From Lytechinus pictus (taxonomy: Eukaryota), in contig NC_087245.1 in the NCBI RefSeq assembly GCF_037042905.1, positions 10,790,001-10,854,000 on the forward strand: DNA of 64,000 nt, read 5' to 3'. The position numbers were made by a program, and so were the translations under genes. The notes under the pieces were generated by a model. It saw nothing but the letters and a program-made list of their open reading frames with translations, was not told where the DNA came from and made no database searches. Positions 50,391 to 64,000 of the stretch are shown piece by piece. Position 1 is the first letter of the stretch; each line of letters starts with the position of its first letter.

Positions 50391-51489
50391 CTGCCAACCT
50401 ATACGATGAGTGAACAGATGTCAAAGTATTGAATGCTGAAATGTATGCAAACAAGAAAGGAGAATGATGTATAAATTGAGCAATTAGCAGACTCACTTGT
50501 TAATGTTTCGAAAATCCCATTGGAGATGGATATTTCTTATTATAAAAAGAGAGTAAGAGATATAAAAAGTAATGCTTAAAGTTAACGAGAGAGAGAGAGA
50601 AAGAGGGGGGAGACGGGTGTTGTATGAAGGTTGAGAGAGATTTTTATTCAAAGAGCACATGAAGAGAGAGGGGGAGAGCGCGCGCAGTAGAGACGCAAGG
50701 TGAGATGGAGAATGGGAAACTGGAAGATGGTAAAAAAAACTGCATGGGAAAAAGTAGTCTTGAAAAGCGGCATTGGGTTTAAAAGAATTATATAATCGCA
50801 GCAATTAGTGACATAATAGATTGTACTGAACTTGATAAAGGAGGTAAAATGAATTATTCACAATCTGAGCGGAAAAGTATAAAGGGGTCTGTTTATTAAG
50901 ATATTTAGCAGAGGCCATATACCCCGAGGTCATTCTGTTGTTAGGGGGAGGGGACTGCAAAAGAGTTTCGTCGTGAAGAAAAATAGGAAAATCGCGCCAG
51001 AGCATTTTGCAGGTCCCTCGATTCTCCCATTTTTCCATGGTCTTTGTTGGAACTAGTCTGTCAAGCAGGGAGGGATGGGGGAAATTTTCGTTCTTTTCTC
51101 ACTAATTTTATTTTAGACTTTATACTACACGGCTCTGATTGATTCCTAGTAGATCGCTCGCAATATTGCTCATAAAGCATGATTTACATGATGTACAATT
51201 TGTTATCCGTTTATCAAGCTGTTAAAATAGAACTATATAAATAGAGAATGAGAATTAACTCTCAATAAAGACCATGGACAAACGCACATGAATATGGCAT
51301 TTCCGGTTTTTTATTTTTGTATTTTCTCAGAGTGGGAATAATGAGCATTACCAGAAAAATAAGTCACCTTTTATGATTGTAAACTCGTTCATTTAAAATA
51401 ATTCATGAAACACAGACAACCATTAGCTTCTATCAACATTTAATCCCACTAACAATCCTACATATCATTATCCTCCCCATACCCTCATC

Positions 51490-51665
51490 AATCCACATGC
51501 CCACACAACCACAGGCCAATACACACACACGTACACCCTCATACACACCACACACACACACACCCTCACTCGCGAGCACCGTCACATACCCCTACTGACA
51601 CACATTAATCTAACACAAACAACCAACAAAAACCGACCTGCATACACAAATACACTCACTCCTCC
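51490..51665. repeat. (CA)-rich degenerate microsatellite
   Basis: Seen directly. Shorter (CA)n tracts occur at ~9477-9495, ~10262-10293 and ~39020-39066. Confidence 0.8.
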
Positions 51666-53308
51666 CATGGACCCATGCTCCTCCTTATCCACCTGTTATC
51701 TCCTTTGCTTCTTTTTTCTTTTCTCACTACAGTTTATTCCGAGATCATTCATTTCCTTGTCAAAGTTTTTTTCCCCAGGCTGCCAGGCATCTATGTTTTT
51801 TCACGTTTCTAGATCACTTGTGTAACTCTTTGACTTCAAATAATCCTGTCACGATCATCCAAATTTTCTCCAATGCTCAATTGCTTCGTGTGCCGTGTTT
51901 GATCATTATCATGTTCAGGGTTTATTCACTTGCCCGATCCTAGTCCCTTTTTCTCTCTAGCTAATGTGTACAGTATGGCCACACATGAAGATTAATCTCA
52001 CTCATCTCACCTTTTCTATTCCTCCTTCATCAATATGTTGCTGTTTTTAATTTATCATTTGACTTTTCCCATCTTTCCCTCCTTTTTAAAAAGTCGAGTC
52101 CGTCATCAGCCATCCATTTCTGACTTGTTATCATGTCAAACGCAACGCTTTCAACACCACTCAGCGTACGAATTACAAACAGTCTTTGATTGGGAACCCG
52201 GCAATTATAGCTCATCATCGTTCGCTTTTTTCCCGGGCAAATTAGCCGAAACTTATTAACCTCTTGTCTCCTCGCATTACCGGCTTTAAGACGAGTAAAC
52301 ATGTTTGAAGGTCCCCAGCGACAGATGAGGAGTTTATTTGATGAAGGATGGATGCGGTCTTCTCCTGAAAAGGTTAACGAGGGATGACCATGCTGGACAT
52401 CATGGGAGTGAGATGTAGTAGTTCAGAATGAGTGTTTGGAAATTTGTTCTTGCGAAATAAAATTGCTCCGAACTTCGTCAGATCTGAGGAGATGGAATCG
52501 GGAATAGGGGTAATGCCGCAAATTGAATTCCATTGATTATATTTTGAATTTACCACAACGTGATTCTTGATAAAGGATAGACACTGACGTAAGAAAAGTA
52601 AGAATGGAAAGGCCAGTATAGGATGCGATCAACAAAGAATTAAACATTATGGATGTTCATCTAAAGTACATGAACATGATTAACGAGGATGATGATGGTC
52701 CATGAAGTCGAATTACGAAAGACAACAAGAGGGACTCAGTAAAGAAAATCTTTATCTCGAGATGTGCAGGGAACCCTTTTTAAGCTGAGAATGTAGGTGA
52801 AATAGTAAAGCTATAGATCAGGCCATTTTCACTGTACCCTAATTTAAATTCATTTTTCCATTGAAATGATGATGAATACTGTCATCATGGGATTCCCATA
52901 AATAAACTGATTGATTGGTGAGAGATCCCTTCTGATTAATTCTAACAGAGTGCAATTGAGGTTACTGCTATGAAGGTTTTGGCAGCGTATAGGACAGACA
53001 CTAGAGAATACATCTTACCCATAAAGCCATGTTTGATACCACGTGATCTAGAGTAGATGTGGACTCATAGTCTTAGGAAAACATTATTTTAGCGATCTTT
53101 CCTACTTCTCTATCAATCAATGATGTTTCTAATGCCAATATCTGTAGCACAAAAATATTCTGAATAATATTTCAGAGGTTACATGTTGTATTAATGTGCT
53201 TGAAAATATATGGGGATATATCGAAACGTATTTAAGTGGTTACAGCCTACCTGGAAGCACACCTAAGTCTACCTCTTGAACTTCTAAAACTGCAACAACT
53301 ACTCATAT

Positions 53309-53314
53309 TACTAT

Positions 53315-53349
<35 letters not shown>

Positions 53350-53425
53350 CTACTTCTAATACTACTGCTATGACTACTACTACTACTATTACTATTACTA
53401 CTACTACTACCACTACTACTATACT
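53309..53425. repeat. (CTA)n microsatellite
   Basis: Seen directly: ACTACTACT... with a few interruptions. Confidence 0.95.
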
Positions 53426-56186
53426 ACAAATACAACTAGTAGTACCTGGTCAATTGTTTCCAAAATATAATTGCACCCCTCCAATTCTTTGGCATTTTCA
53501 TCCGTTAATCGGACAAAGAATATCAATTTTTATCTAGATTTTGAGAAAATCTGTTTTCTTTTTGGTATTTTGTCAGTCTACACATAAAGATACTGACATT
53601 TCACAATTACTATGCATGAAAAGTCAAGGTCGAAGATTATACCCTTTCCACCTTGAAATAGCATGACCACCCTCGCAAAACCAAAATTAGAAATATATTC
53701 AGAGAGTAACCTAGATTAAAACAAGTTTCCAATGTATCACAGGCACAGCTGATTTTATTGATCGTTTCGGCTCAAACAGGGTAATCTGGGTGAGTAGTAG
53801 GGGGAAACAGGTTGAGGGCTAAATGTGGCTAGTTCGAAGTAATGGATGAGGAAAATTAGCGCGCCACATTCGAAACTGAATGATGGCCTCGAACACGCTT
53901 TCTGGCAAACTGAATCCTTGTAGATTAATGAGACATGGGTGACCAGAAAACTCTTCCTCCTTTAAGGATGATAAAAGACAAAAGGGGAATAAAGGACACA
54001 GAGGTGATGTTGAGATTAAATGTCGTTAATGCTTGCATGTCCATACAAACAGGAAATAGGGGTTATATGGCGGACGTGAGGCAATAGCACAAGCTTCAGG
54101 CAAAAATAATGTCGTAGATTCACCAAAAGTATGGCAGCCATGATTAAGATTTTGCTAAACATAATAATGGAAAATCCACTGAGAGTATAAAATAGGACAA
54201 AACAGATAATGTAATTAGAATTAATTAGCTACGTTGATGAAATCTGCATTAATAGACAAACTGTTGAAGAAGATACAGGCGAAAAGCGGAACTGATATCC
54301 ATCCCGATTTTGCTATTCTATGTAAAAAAGGGTCTGATCTTACTGCCAACCCCCCCCCCCTCCCCCAAATAAAAATGCATTTTCCCCTATGATTTCCGAA
54401 TCCATGCAGAGTTAATGAAAGTATTGATAGATGTAATGGGATAAGGTGAAGTCTTAAAGTCATGAATGCCTACTGAATTCTGGAAAAAGTAGTTGTAAGA
54501 AAAGGATTGATTGATTGAGGTTTAACGACACCACCAATACAATGTGTCATATAAGTGTCTGTGAAAGAAAAGAGGGGGAAAATGGAATTCAAATAACATG
54601 AAAGGGGCAAAGAATAGAGGTAAATGAATACGATAGTGGCAATAAAATGGACAGAGGAAAGACAAAAAATAACATTATCCTTCTCTAAGCATGCTTAGTT
54701 ATATAAAGTATAAGATTAAAACACGATATATACGTTGATTAATTGATTGCCGAACGGAGAATAAAATAGGAAAGTTGATCGTGTCATTTGCAGTAGAAAA
54801 AACCCATTATCTCAGGAGGATTAAAGCTACAATGATTTATAACTAGGCTTCAATTATGCATGGAATATTTATTGCATGAATATGCCCTCACTAAATGTGA
54901 CCGTAATTGGTGTTCAGAACTGGGGGACCTTTGAGCCATAAACTGCAAAATATCAGAAATCTCTGGTCTTTTTGATGCAATTTGAGGGGTCATCACCCTC
55001 TTTGTAGAGTAACAATAATTGTTTTGTTCATGTCTACATCTATTGACACTCTCTCTTGCTCTCTCTGTGACTCTGTATCATTTATTCCTACAAATACCCA
55101 CATATCCCTCTTTTCCATCCATCAATCAATGATTTGCATAACCCCCTCCTAAAAAAAACCCATACATTTCTTTTTTTAGGTGAAGCGTTCTCCTTTGTTC
55201 CGTTAAGACTATTTTCGTTAACAAAACAAAAGCCGACATTACATTGCAAAGTCATATACATTAAGACAATTGTTCAGTGTTAGACAGAATTATAGATTAC
55301 CATGAGAAGAATGATAAAGGCCTGGGAACAATTTTTAAAGATGGGATGTTCGTTTGTTAAAAAAGAAACCACAAGTCCACCAAAAAAGGTTTTAAATGAA
55401 AATGAATCGAGGTAAAGAAAAGAGCACAAAACCTGAAGCACTATCCGAAACAATATGTATGAGGAACAAGTCCAGTTTGAATACGTTAAATAAAAAAATG
55501 TAGGCACAAACAACACGCAGATCTTTTAAATAAATACAAAATTAAGGTGCAATCGTTACACCGGTGATGTTTTCACCTAGATGACCGTCCGACCTCTTCT
55601 TATACTATTTTCTTTATTATTTTACTAATACAACTTGATCCATTTTTATTTTATTTTATGATTATCCAGATTATTTGTTCTTCCCGTTTACACCAAGGCT
55701 TGTCATTGTGAATACCATGAACACATAATAGTGTCATGGTAGAATATCGGAAAACGATAACACCCATTGTACGAGGATTAATATATCAAAATCGCAGAAT
55801 TCATCTAGAAATTTGACGAAATTATCAAGTTGCAAATTATATCATTTTGCTATCGGAAATAATATCAGGTTGTCATTGTTAAAGTTCCTTCAGGGGGAGG
55901 GGCATATCTGTGTGTGTTTTTCGCTAAAACTTTACATGTGTGAAGTTTTGGTCAACTCCCTTTCTGTCTACGAAATCTTAGTTTTATTCTAAATATCATT
56001 GCCCCCTGTTGTCGCTTCGGAGCACAAGAAGTAGACGGCTTATTTAAAAAACATAATAAACTACCATAAAAAAATGACACCCCTTAACGGAGGCTAAAAT
56101 GTTGATCGGATTTTAGTACTGCATAGTCCCCCACCCGTCTCTCTTTCTCTATCTATGTATTCTTATCTCCAGAACTTTGCATTTCA

Positions 56187-58496
56187 ATGCTACAGTCACA
56201 CAGTCGCTTACGTTAAGTTACGTCCGCAGCGAATTGATACGATGATCAAGATACGATAAGTGGACGCACCAGTGGACGTAGGCGTGGACGTAGGTACTTG
56301 CTTGCTAGTAAGTAGACGTAACTCTTAGTAACTTACGTCCATTTACGTCCATCGTAAGTATTCACAATTACCTGCAAGTACCCGTATCCTTACATTTACG
56401 CACGTTTTCGGACAGGTACGAATGCTGCGGACAATTGCGTCTTTTGATAGCATGTGAACCATGATGTGGAACCCAAACTACTCGTCCTGCCTTTCCCTGG
56501 CCCTACCACATTGATTCGGGGATCGGGGGGGGGGGGGGGGCTAAAAAAATAATCTTATTCACATATATCAAAAAGGAGCAAAGACCAAGCAACATGTGAA
56601 CAAGGAAAAGAAAACAATTAATACATTACAAATTAATATTATGAAAGGAAAGGGGAAAACCAATATGCAGCGGGTGTAGGCGATTAGCAAAGGACAAAGA
56701 CCTATCAAAGCGTATTAGTAAAAAGCCAGACAAATTAATAGTAATTAAACAATTCCAATGCAACATAAATAAAACCACAAAAGGCTCAACTTTTTTTTAA
56801 GTTGATGGAGAGTTGACAAGATATGTTTTATATTTATGTTAAAAATATAGTAATCATAATGATAAACTGGTGCTTAGTCACTTTCTATCATCACGACAGA
56901 GATGGATAAGTTTTAATTTATCTTGTCAAATCATTCCATATGACACTTCCTTAGCATCTAATAACAGTTCTACAAAAAATATATATTTATTTCGGAGATA
57001 AAATTCATTGATGTTTCTTGTTGAATACATAATTGCATTACTATTAAGATGTAAAAAAAACCGTTGATAGTATCTAGTAAGGTCTCTTTTGAATAAGATA
57101 AGATAAAACAAGCAACAAACTAGCGATGTAAATCATGCAATTAAACAAAAAATCAAAGCTTCTGAAACAATGGGCCTGTATGGGCAAGACATTTTGAATA
57201 AGTGATTATTATTGTACGTTTTAGCATATTATGTTTTGTGGTGATAAATATGATGAGGTGCTTACCCATATTATGTTAAAATGTGATAAATAAGGCAAGA
57301 TAATTGTCTTGTATAAATTAGTAAAAACACATGTGACGAGTAAGTCACGAGATGCAAGTCTACTCATGAAACCAACAATACATGATTATGGGCTTTTCAT
57401 GTATGGTTATTGTCAATCTTATTTCCAAGGACATTTTTTGTTAGCTTGTTTATTACTTTCTAATTGATGCGGAAACTAATCCTCATTATAATTCTTTTTT
57501 TAATGATATGATTAGTTTTTTTGCTTTCAAGATTTATCATTAATTTGTTGGCAAGGAATTTTAGAAATGTACTGTGTGATTATTCTTATTGCACGTTTAT
57601 GCATTAAAAATACATTTTTATTTCATCTCATTGGTGGCTTTTCTCACACTCGGTTGTCCAATCTAATACTCTGCACATAGCTTATGTTATTTTTTAAAAC
57701 TTCTTTCTTTTATGTAAAAATACAATTTTTACACTCCAGTTTTCTCATTCGTAACCTCATGTTTGACATGATGATCGATTTGTGTTTTTTTTTTGGCCAT
57801 TTTTTTTATTTGAATTTGAAATAATGTCTACATTGATTTGTTTTAGTTAGTTCAGATTCAATTTTAAAAAGTCCTTGTTTGAAGGGAGGCATAACTCGCG
57901 GAAAGTTGTTTTCTCGATGAAGTTCAAAATATATACTGTTTGGGCATGCAGGGGATGTTCCGAGGAAACCACGTTGGTCATAAATATTCGTAACGATCCG
58001 TTAACTTTTCGTAATCTTCCGCATCTGTTCGTTAATATCCGCAACTCTCCGCAAGTGTTCATAAGTATCCAGAAGATTAAGCAAATCGAAAGAAAAATAA
58101 CGCATCAACTGGTAAGATTTGCAAGTATCCGCATCTAATCGTATTTATGCGCATCTTTTTCTTAGATATCTAAATCCAGGATTAAACCAAAACCGACTTC
58201 CCCCGAATATTTCCGAACCGATCTAGCCGAATTCGGCCTAATTCGGATGGTTCCAGTGGATTTGAATGTTCCTGAATCCTTTCTGAATTTTCTCGTATTC
58301 GTGGAGGGAGAATAGAATACTCCCGAAACCACATAATTGCCTGTATTCGGATAGATTCGCAGCTGATTCGGTTCCGGATTAATTCTAGCTTTAGAAAAGA
58401 AAATCAGTGATGAGATGAGATCCGTTGGGATCCGCAGGAAAATTTTCTTTTTTCTTAATGCAACGATGGACTCAGAGCAATGTGTTGCTGTAGCAT
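56187..58496. mobile_element. Candidate ~2.3-kb non-autonomous TIR element with CpG-containing subterminal repeat arrays
   Basis: Seen: left ATGCTACAGTCACACA vs right TGTGTTGCTGTAGCAT (14/16 complementary). The left array is GGACGTA/TACGTCC (56210-56430), the right arrays are TCCGCA and ATTCGG (57985-58440), and the middle is AT-rich and noncoding. The TSD is unresolved. Confidence 0.55.
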
Positions 58497-59255
58497 ACAA
58501 TCTCTTCATTTGCCTTCAATACGACCTTCCCTTTGATGTTCATTCCGCTTAATATTATATTCATTACTACCTTAATGATTTATTAAAATGGGGATCCAAC
58601 AATTAGGCAGTGTGCTTGTCTTTTCCATGATTAAGCTCAAGTGCATTTTGAAACCCCTCGGTATAATAAGAAAATATTTCTGTCATCGCTTATTGTGTCA
58701 AATCAACATAGCATGCATTATTATTCCCTTTTTAACCTACTGCTTTTTGTGTAAAAGAAATAGATTATATGCCTAAAATGCAATATTATCTTATTCACAA
58801 AACTTTGTATTCCACTTCCTTACTTCTTTTTCTCCTGCTGCTGCTCCTCCTGCTTCTCCTTTCCCTTCTTCTCACTCGTCACACTTTTCTTACCTCCTAT
58901 AATATCTTCTTCAAGTTCATTCTTTCTATCTCCCCTTTATATTGGAAAGGTGTTTCAATTTTCTTTTCTGCAGTCACCAATTTTTAATCGTTTTATGTAA
59001 TTGTTATGTTCATAATGTGCTATCTGTATATTTATTAATCTTTTATCATTAGTCCTGTACTTCGTTCTAAATCGAGTAACCTGGACTTATTTTCATTGTA
59101 TGTTACTTCCCTTTGTTTTACATTGAATAAAGGTGATAAATAAAAAATACGCTCAAAAAACAATTGGTCCGTGTTTTAATTGCAATCCGGTCGTATGCTT
59201 TTCATTAAGTATTCGACCTCTTGGTTAAAACATACCAAATAAATGTAATTGTTGT

Positions 59256-59405
59256 ATTATTATTATGTTATAATTATTATCATTATTAGTATCATTATCA
59301 TTATTATTATTATTATCATTATTAATATTATAATTATTGTTATTATAATTATAATTGTTATTATTACTGTTGTTTTTATCATTATCATCAATCATAATTA
59401 TTCTT
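59256..59405. repeat. (TTA)n/(TCA) microsatellite
   Basis: Seen directly. Confidence 0.92.
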
Positions 59406-59684
59406 ATATAAAAGGAAGATATTAATATTTAACTCAGACACCTCTATCATATATATTTTTTTCATTTTAATTCCCTTCGTTGTTGATTTATAAGGATGTG
59501 ATCTGTGATAAAGCATAATTTTATTTAAAAACAAATTATAAGTTTCAGTTATTTTCTGTTATTACCCGCACTTACTATACGAAAAAGATGCGATTAATCA
59601 TTGAGAAATATTTAGCCAATAATGAAATAGATAACATAAGCAACATTTGTATAAAGCTTTAAACAATGTTTCTATGTATTGCAT

Positions 59685-59918
59685 AACTATTACTACCCGG
59701 CTTCAGCACGGCTAGTCTGATCAAGTCCATGTTCTGATCAAGTGGCTGAGCATTTAAGGAACTCCTACCTTCCTACCTGGTAGCCGTTAACTGCATCTGG
59801 GTGGAGAATGGCATAATTATGTGAACGCCTTAATTGCCGAAGGACGTAAGTGATGTGGTGGGATTTGAACCCGGGACCTTGTGGTTCAAAATCTGGGGAC
59901 TTATTTACTCAGCCGCAC
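59685..59918 (-). mobile_element. tRNA-derived SINE, near full length
   Basis: Seen on the - strand: head ...TTTGAACCACAAGGTCCCGGGTTCAAATCCCACCAC (B-box), core ACGTCCTTCGGCAA...CTCCACCCAGATGCA...TACCAGGTAGGAA, and tail ...GCCGGGTAGTAATAG. Confidence 0.8.
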
Positions 59919-61249
59919 TGTAAGTTTGAGCTTGGGTAATTATACCAATTTAACACTAAAGCACAAAAAATAATTTCTCAGTCTCACCTGCAAAATGCAA
60001 CGAGATTAGGCCTATGTATCATTTCTCTTGACGTCGGCATAATTGCAATAACGATACTTTTCCATGAAATGAATCACAATGAGCACAAAGACAATCTAGA
60101 CAAATATCGGGGGAGATATATTTGGAGCACCCAAATTTTCCTATTTTTTCTCTCACATTTTTACGCTAGAACCTCGAGGAAATGCTGATGCACGCTTTAG
60201 TGTCAGACCAGATTCTTGGTACAATGTTAACACTCTACATCAATAATAGCGAAGGCTTCAAGCAATATACGATCCGTCATTTATATCTGCAGTATTGATA
60301 CAATCTGTGGCACCTTAATCACCTAATCTCTCCCCTGGGAGCAAACACTCCTTTGAATCGAAAGTTCTAATCATTTTTCCACTTCGTGCAAATTGTTTAT
60401 ATTCAAATTCAATTTCGAATGACACAAATAAATGGGAACTTTTACCCTCCGGTTGCAAAGGTGTTTTATCTCATCAATGACTATTGATGACTGAATATTG
60501 ATTGCATCAATACCTTTTGTCTTTTTCTCTTACCTCAGTAACTTTTCTGTAGTTCACCCCCTCTCTCTATCTCTATTTGCCTGTATGTTTGTGTGTGTCT
60601 CTCTTTTCCCCGCTTTCCCCTTCTCTGTCTGTCTGTTGGTCTGTCTGTCTCTCTCTATCTATCTTCGTCTCTCGCTTTGTCCAATCCTGACAATGGTACT
60701 TCCATAATCAGGTGGTTTGTATTTCCAATATTCCATCTGATTTTTGATGCGATAAGGCGACATGTCTTCTTATACCTAAAACAAAGTGATGAATAAATCT
60801 AGAAAGTCTACCCACCTGCTATTATGTTTTAAAATGAGATCTCATGTTATGACGATGATAACGAATATAATAACAATTATGATAATAAAAAATACCGACA
60901 ATGGTGATGATAACAACATGAGGGGGTTGATAACAATAACAGTATTGACAGGAATTATGATAAATGATAACGGTGCTCGTGATTGGGTGAAAAAAGCGAT
61001 ATCAACGATGGTTATTTTAATAATTGCATGGTATTTATGGGAGTAATAAGAGTCCCATCACATTAAGGTTAAAATATTTCTGAATAGGCCTTTGATTAGA
61101 GCAATATATATAAAGATATGGGATGTCCACAACCGCGCTACATCTTGCTCTCTTGATGATTCCCATACCCCTCTGCTTGTAACATCTATAGCTTGATTAA
61201 TTCACGTTCGTTATTGGTGTTGATTTTTACCTGATTTCTAAGACAGAAT

Positions 61250-61423
61250 GAATGTCTGCAAGCAAACAACCAGAGGACCGACAGATAAATTTCCATTCTG
61301 ATGGACCTGATAATGAGGATATAAATATCTTAACAAAGGGTACTAACTAGTGCACCAAGTGGGAATCGAACCCGGGTCACCGGAATCCGAAACCCCACTC
61401 TACCGACTGAGCTATCGCGCCTC
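61250..61423 (-). mobile_element. tRNA-derived SINE with intact Pol III A and B boxes
   Basis: Seen on the - strand: GAGGCGCGATAGCTCAGTCGGTAGAG (A-box) ... CCCGGGTTCGATTCCCAC (B-box), followed by a non-tRNA body. The acceptor and anticodon stems do not close, so it is not a tRNA gene. The 3' boundary is approximate. Confidence 0.8.
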
Positions 61424-63489
61424 GGCTTGTAATGTTCTCTATCATTCATGCATTATCAACGATACAGTATGACAACTTCATCCCTTGTCTTCCAAAGAAA
61501 CTAATTTTCAGGTGCCTGGAATTAACTTGACTATACATACAGTATCAAAATAAAGAAAGAAAGAAACATTCCAAGCTCATCCTGTATCATGTGATGCGAT
61601 CATGTCACGTGACCAAAGCGGATGTAGAATTGTGTTATTACATCCGCAACAGGGCCTTTCATCTCTTTTTCTACCGATATTGGATAGTTTAGTATCATTT
61701 GTATTGATTGTTTATTGTGAAATGATGTGACCGAGTGAACCCTACGAAGAAACTTGAAGAATAAATCGAAAGACTTGGATATTCTGTAATGGTCTCATTT
61801 TCTAAGCAAATCACCAATTTCATTTTCCAGGGGCCGTGTAGAGAGACGATGTAGGAGGAACATTTCAAGAGACCAATAAATCAAGCCAACGTAAGCCGCA
61901 TCTTGAGAGAAATAACCTACTTTTGAAATATCTGAAAAACAAAAACGATAATTTTCCAACTCATTCCTCATTTTACGATACACTTTTACTACAATGAAAA
62001 TCAGTAGGCTCATCAAGGAAAATCCCATTGGAATTAAACTTCGATATCTAGACTAGAGTTTCGATTTTCAAGGAAAAACTGCTCGTATTTTCATGTAGTT
62101 TACAGTGTCCGTCATTCCTCATACAGGCTTGTTCTTATGTTCATTTATGTACCAAATTAGGTTGATCAAAGACCGAAACATGATACCATGTTACATTAAA
62201 TCTTCACAAGAATTAAGCGGACGGTCTCTTAATAGCTGTTGAGGAAAATAGGCTAGGAAGGAACCTGTCCCATATAACTGAAACAATCTGGCCTATCATG
62301 TCTCTAGAATTCTTCTTTGGATTCTGGGACATATCAATACGGGGTATTTTGAAGAAAGAAAAATGTGAGCATTATGTATTCAGGCGGGCTTTATCTTGAA
62401 ATTAGTCACCTCTCTTCTCGTGTGTGTCGCTGTGTGTGCACTCCTTTGTGTACGAAGTCAATGGGAGTGAGTGGAAAGAAGTCACCAGCGCTGATGAAAT
62501 AAACGGCAGTGGATGGACTGGTGACTTAAACCAGGATAAAGCCTTTATGGCCAAAAAATTCCAGATCCATTTAATGATGTGACACCTTCTCACTAGCTTC
62601 TTTCTTATGTTAATGACAAGGAATTAACTCCATGGTGTGTAGGTAGGCGCCTAATTCATGTGACTTTCATTCACGACTACATACAATTGTGTGTTTTTTC
62701 CATTACGTAACGTTCACGTGTACACGTGCACAATCTTTCACGCGAACAAATTCATTCATATCATGACTTTGATTCATCATGTATGTTACTTAAACATCAT
62801 ATTTATGATGACAATCGGCTTAAAAGACTTGTAAATAATTAAATTTAAGATAACAAAGCAATTTCACTCACCCCATTGGGCTTGAATCAAGAAATTAATC
62901 GAAAATGAAAGACAACTCTGCGCAGCATTATCCAAGGGCAGTCGAGGAAAATAAGCGACACGCCACCAGCGGTCAAAATAAAACCTATTTCATCGCCGCT
63001 GGTGTTGCATTCAAATTCGTCTACATCTTCAAGTATCAAGATAAATTAGTACAACTGAATGGTTAATGTACATCGAAAAATTGGTGAATCGATAGTTTCA
63101 GAAATATTTGCCAACTTCACACCCCAAAGCTACTTTTAAAACTTCACTACATAAATCCAATTTAATACAATTTATCTGTCATTGCTTTTTGCTTATCGAT
63201 ATGCCATTTTGGGTGTTCGCTCTTGTGACTTCCCAGGTGCTCTCCCGACTTGAATATGAAAAGGGGAAAGAAATGCTAATTGTGGCTGGATATCAGAGCA
63301 ACTTGCAGCTTTATTTTCCCTTGAGATTAAATAGGATACAATTTCAGGCATGTGACTGGATTACGCATTGCGTATGCTGCATAGTATCACCAGATATAAT
63401 GTAGTTTTGCGTAGACACGCAAAATTTCCCGTAGACGATAATGTATACCAAGCCTTCGACGGTCTACTGTACGCAGATGGATGAGGAAT

Positions 63490-63975
63490 TACTCTCTACG
63501 AAAAATAGGTTAAAAGGCTAAACTTTGCACCTTTGATATTAGTATTCTTATTACTCCGAAATATCGAATATGCACATCAAGGCTGGGGCACCTATAAAGG
63601 TAAAATTTCTTACCTACTTTGCAACTTTCAGAAAAGAGAACACATTGGAAGGCGAAACTTTGCACCTATTTGTTTTTACTGAAAGAAGCACAGTTATACC
63701 AATAAGAATGCGCTCTCCGTTTCACACTGATAAATGTGCAATGTTGAAGTTTTTCGTGTGTATGGGAAAGGAGTATCCGAAAAGAAGTTGATAAGTCTCT
63801 CGCGACCTTTATTTGATAAATTGGGATATATTTTCAGAACGTTTTGACTGGCGGAAGAATTTTTTATTGTTTTAGAGATGAACGAGATTTCCTCACGAGG
63901 GGGCACCGTTTCATTCTATCCCATATTGTTAAAGGTTAATACTGCTCTTTCAGGGCACCTTCTTTCAGATGTGAA
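63490..63975. mobile_element. Degenerate element related to the TTGCACCT-repeat family at 17656-18273
   Basis: Seen: AAAAATAGGTT...AACTTTGCACCTTT at the left end with further AACTTTGCACCT and GGGCACC motifs. The right end is unclear. Confidence 0.45.
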
Positions 63976-64000
63976 AGCAAAAGAGAGAATGAATAAAAAT

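Noticed and set aside
58769..58987. Poly-Leu hydrophobic ORF resembling a signal or membrane peptide
   Set aside because: It derives from a CT/CTG-rich simple repeat.
61340..61423. tRNA gene
   Set aside because: The acceptor, anticodon and T stems do not pair properly and a SINE-like body follows, so it is annotated as a SINE.

Overview
This is AT-rich, repeat-laden animal genomic DNA. It is most likely from a sea urchin (echinoid), which I infer from the peptide family and the repeat types. I see no operon, CRISPR array, rRNA or intact transposase, and almost all ORFs in the supplied track are spurious. The one clear gene is an orexin-type neuropeptide precursor on the + strand, resembling echinoderm orexin-2. 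Exon 4907-5184 encodes a 23-aa signal peptide, the six-cysteine 36-aa peptide QSPCCRRAKGCSFPPGCSCPLKMSFCGDPSRGLQIV and a G-K-K amidation/cleavage site. Reading splice sites and phases by hand, I propose two further small coding exons missed by the ORF track (43642-43727 and 47930-47967). These give a 133-aa precursor, a first coding intron of about 38.5 kb and a 3'UTR of up to about 2 kb. The rest of the window is intronic or intergenic: many non-autonomous DNA transposons (MITEs), tRNA-derived SINEs, a heavily decayed LINE reverse-transcriptase remnant, a tandem duplication, microsatellites and a near-perfect 100-bp palindrome. I found no well-supported new biological system. The best leads are the hidden exons and their C-terminal propeptide, possible alternative isoforms, a composite MITE dimer and the palindrome.
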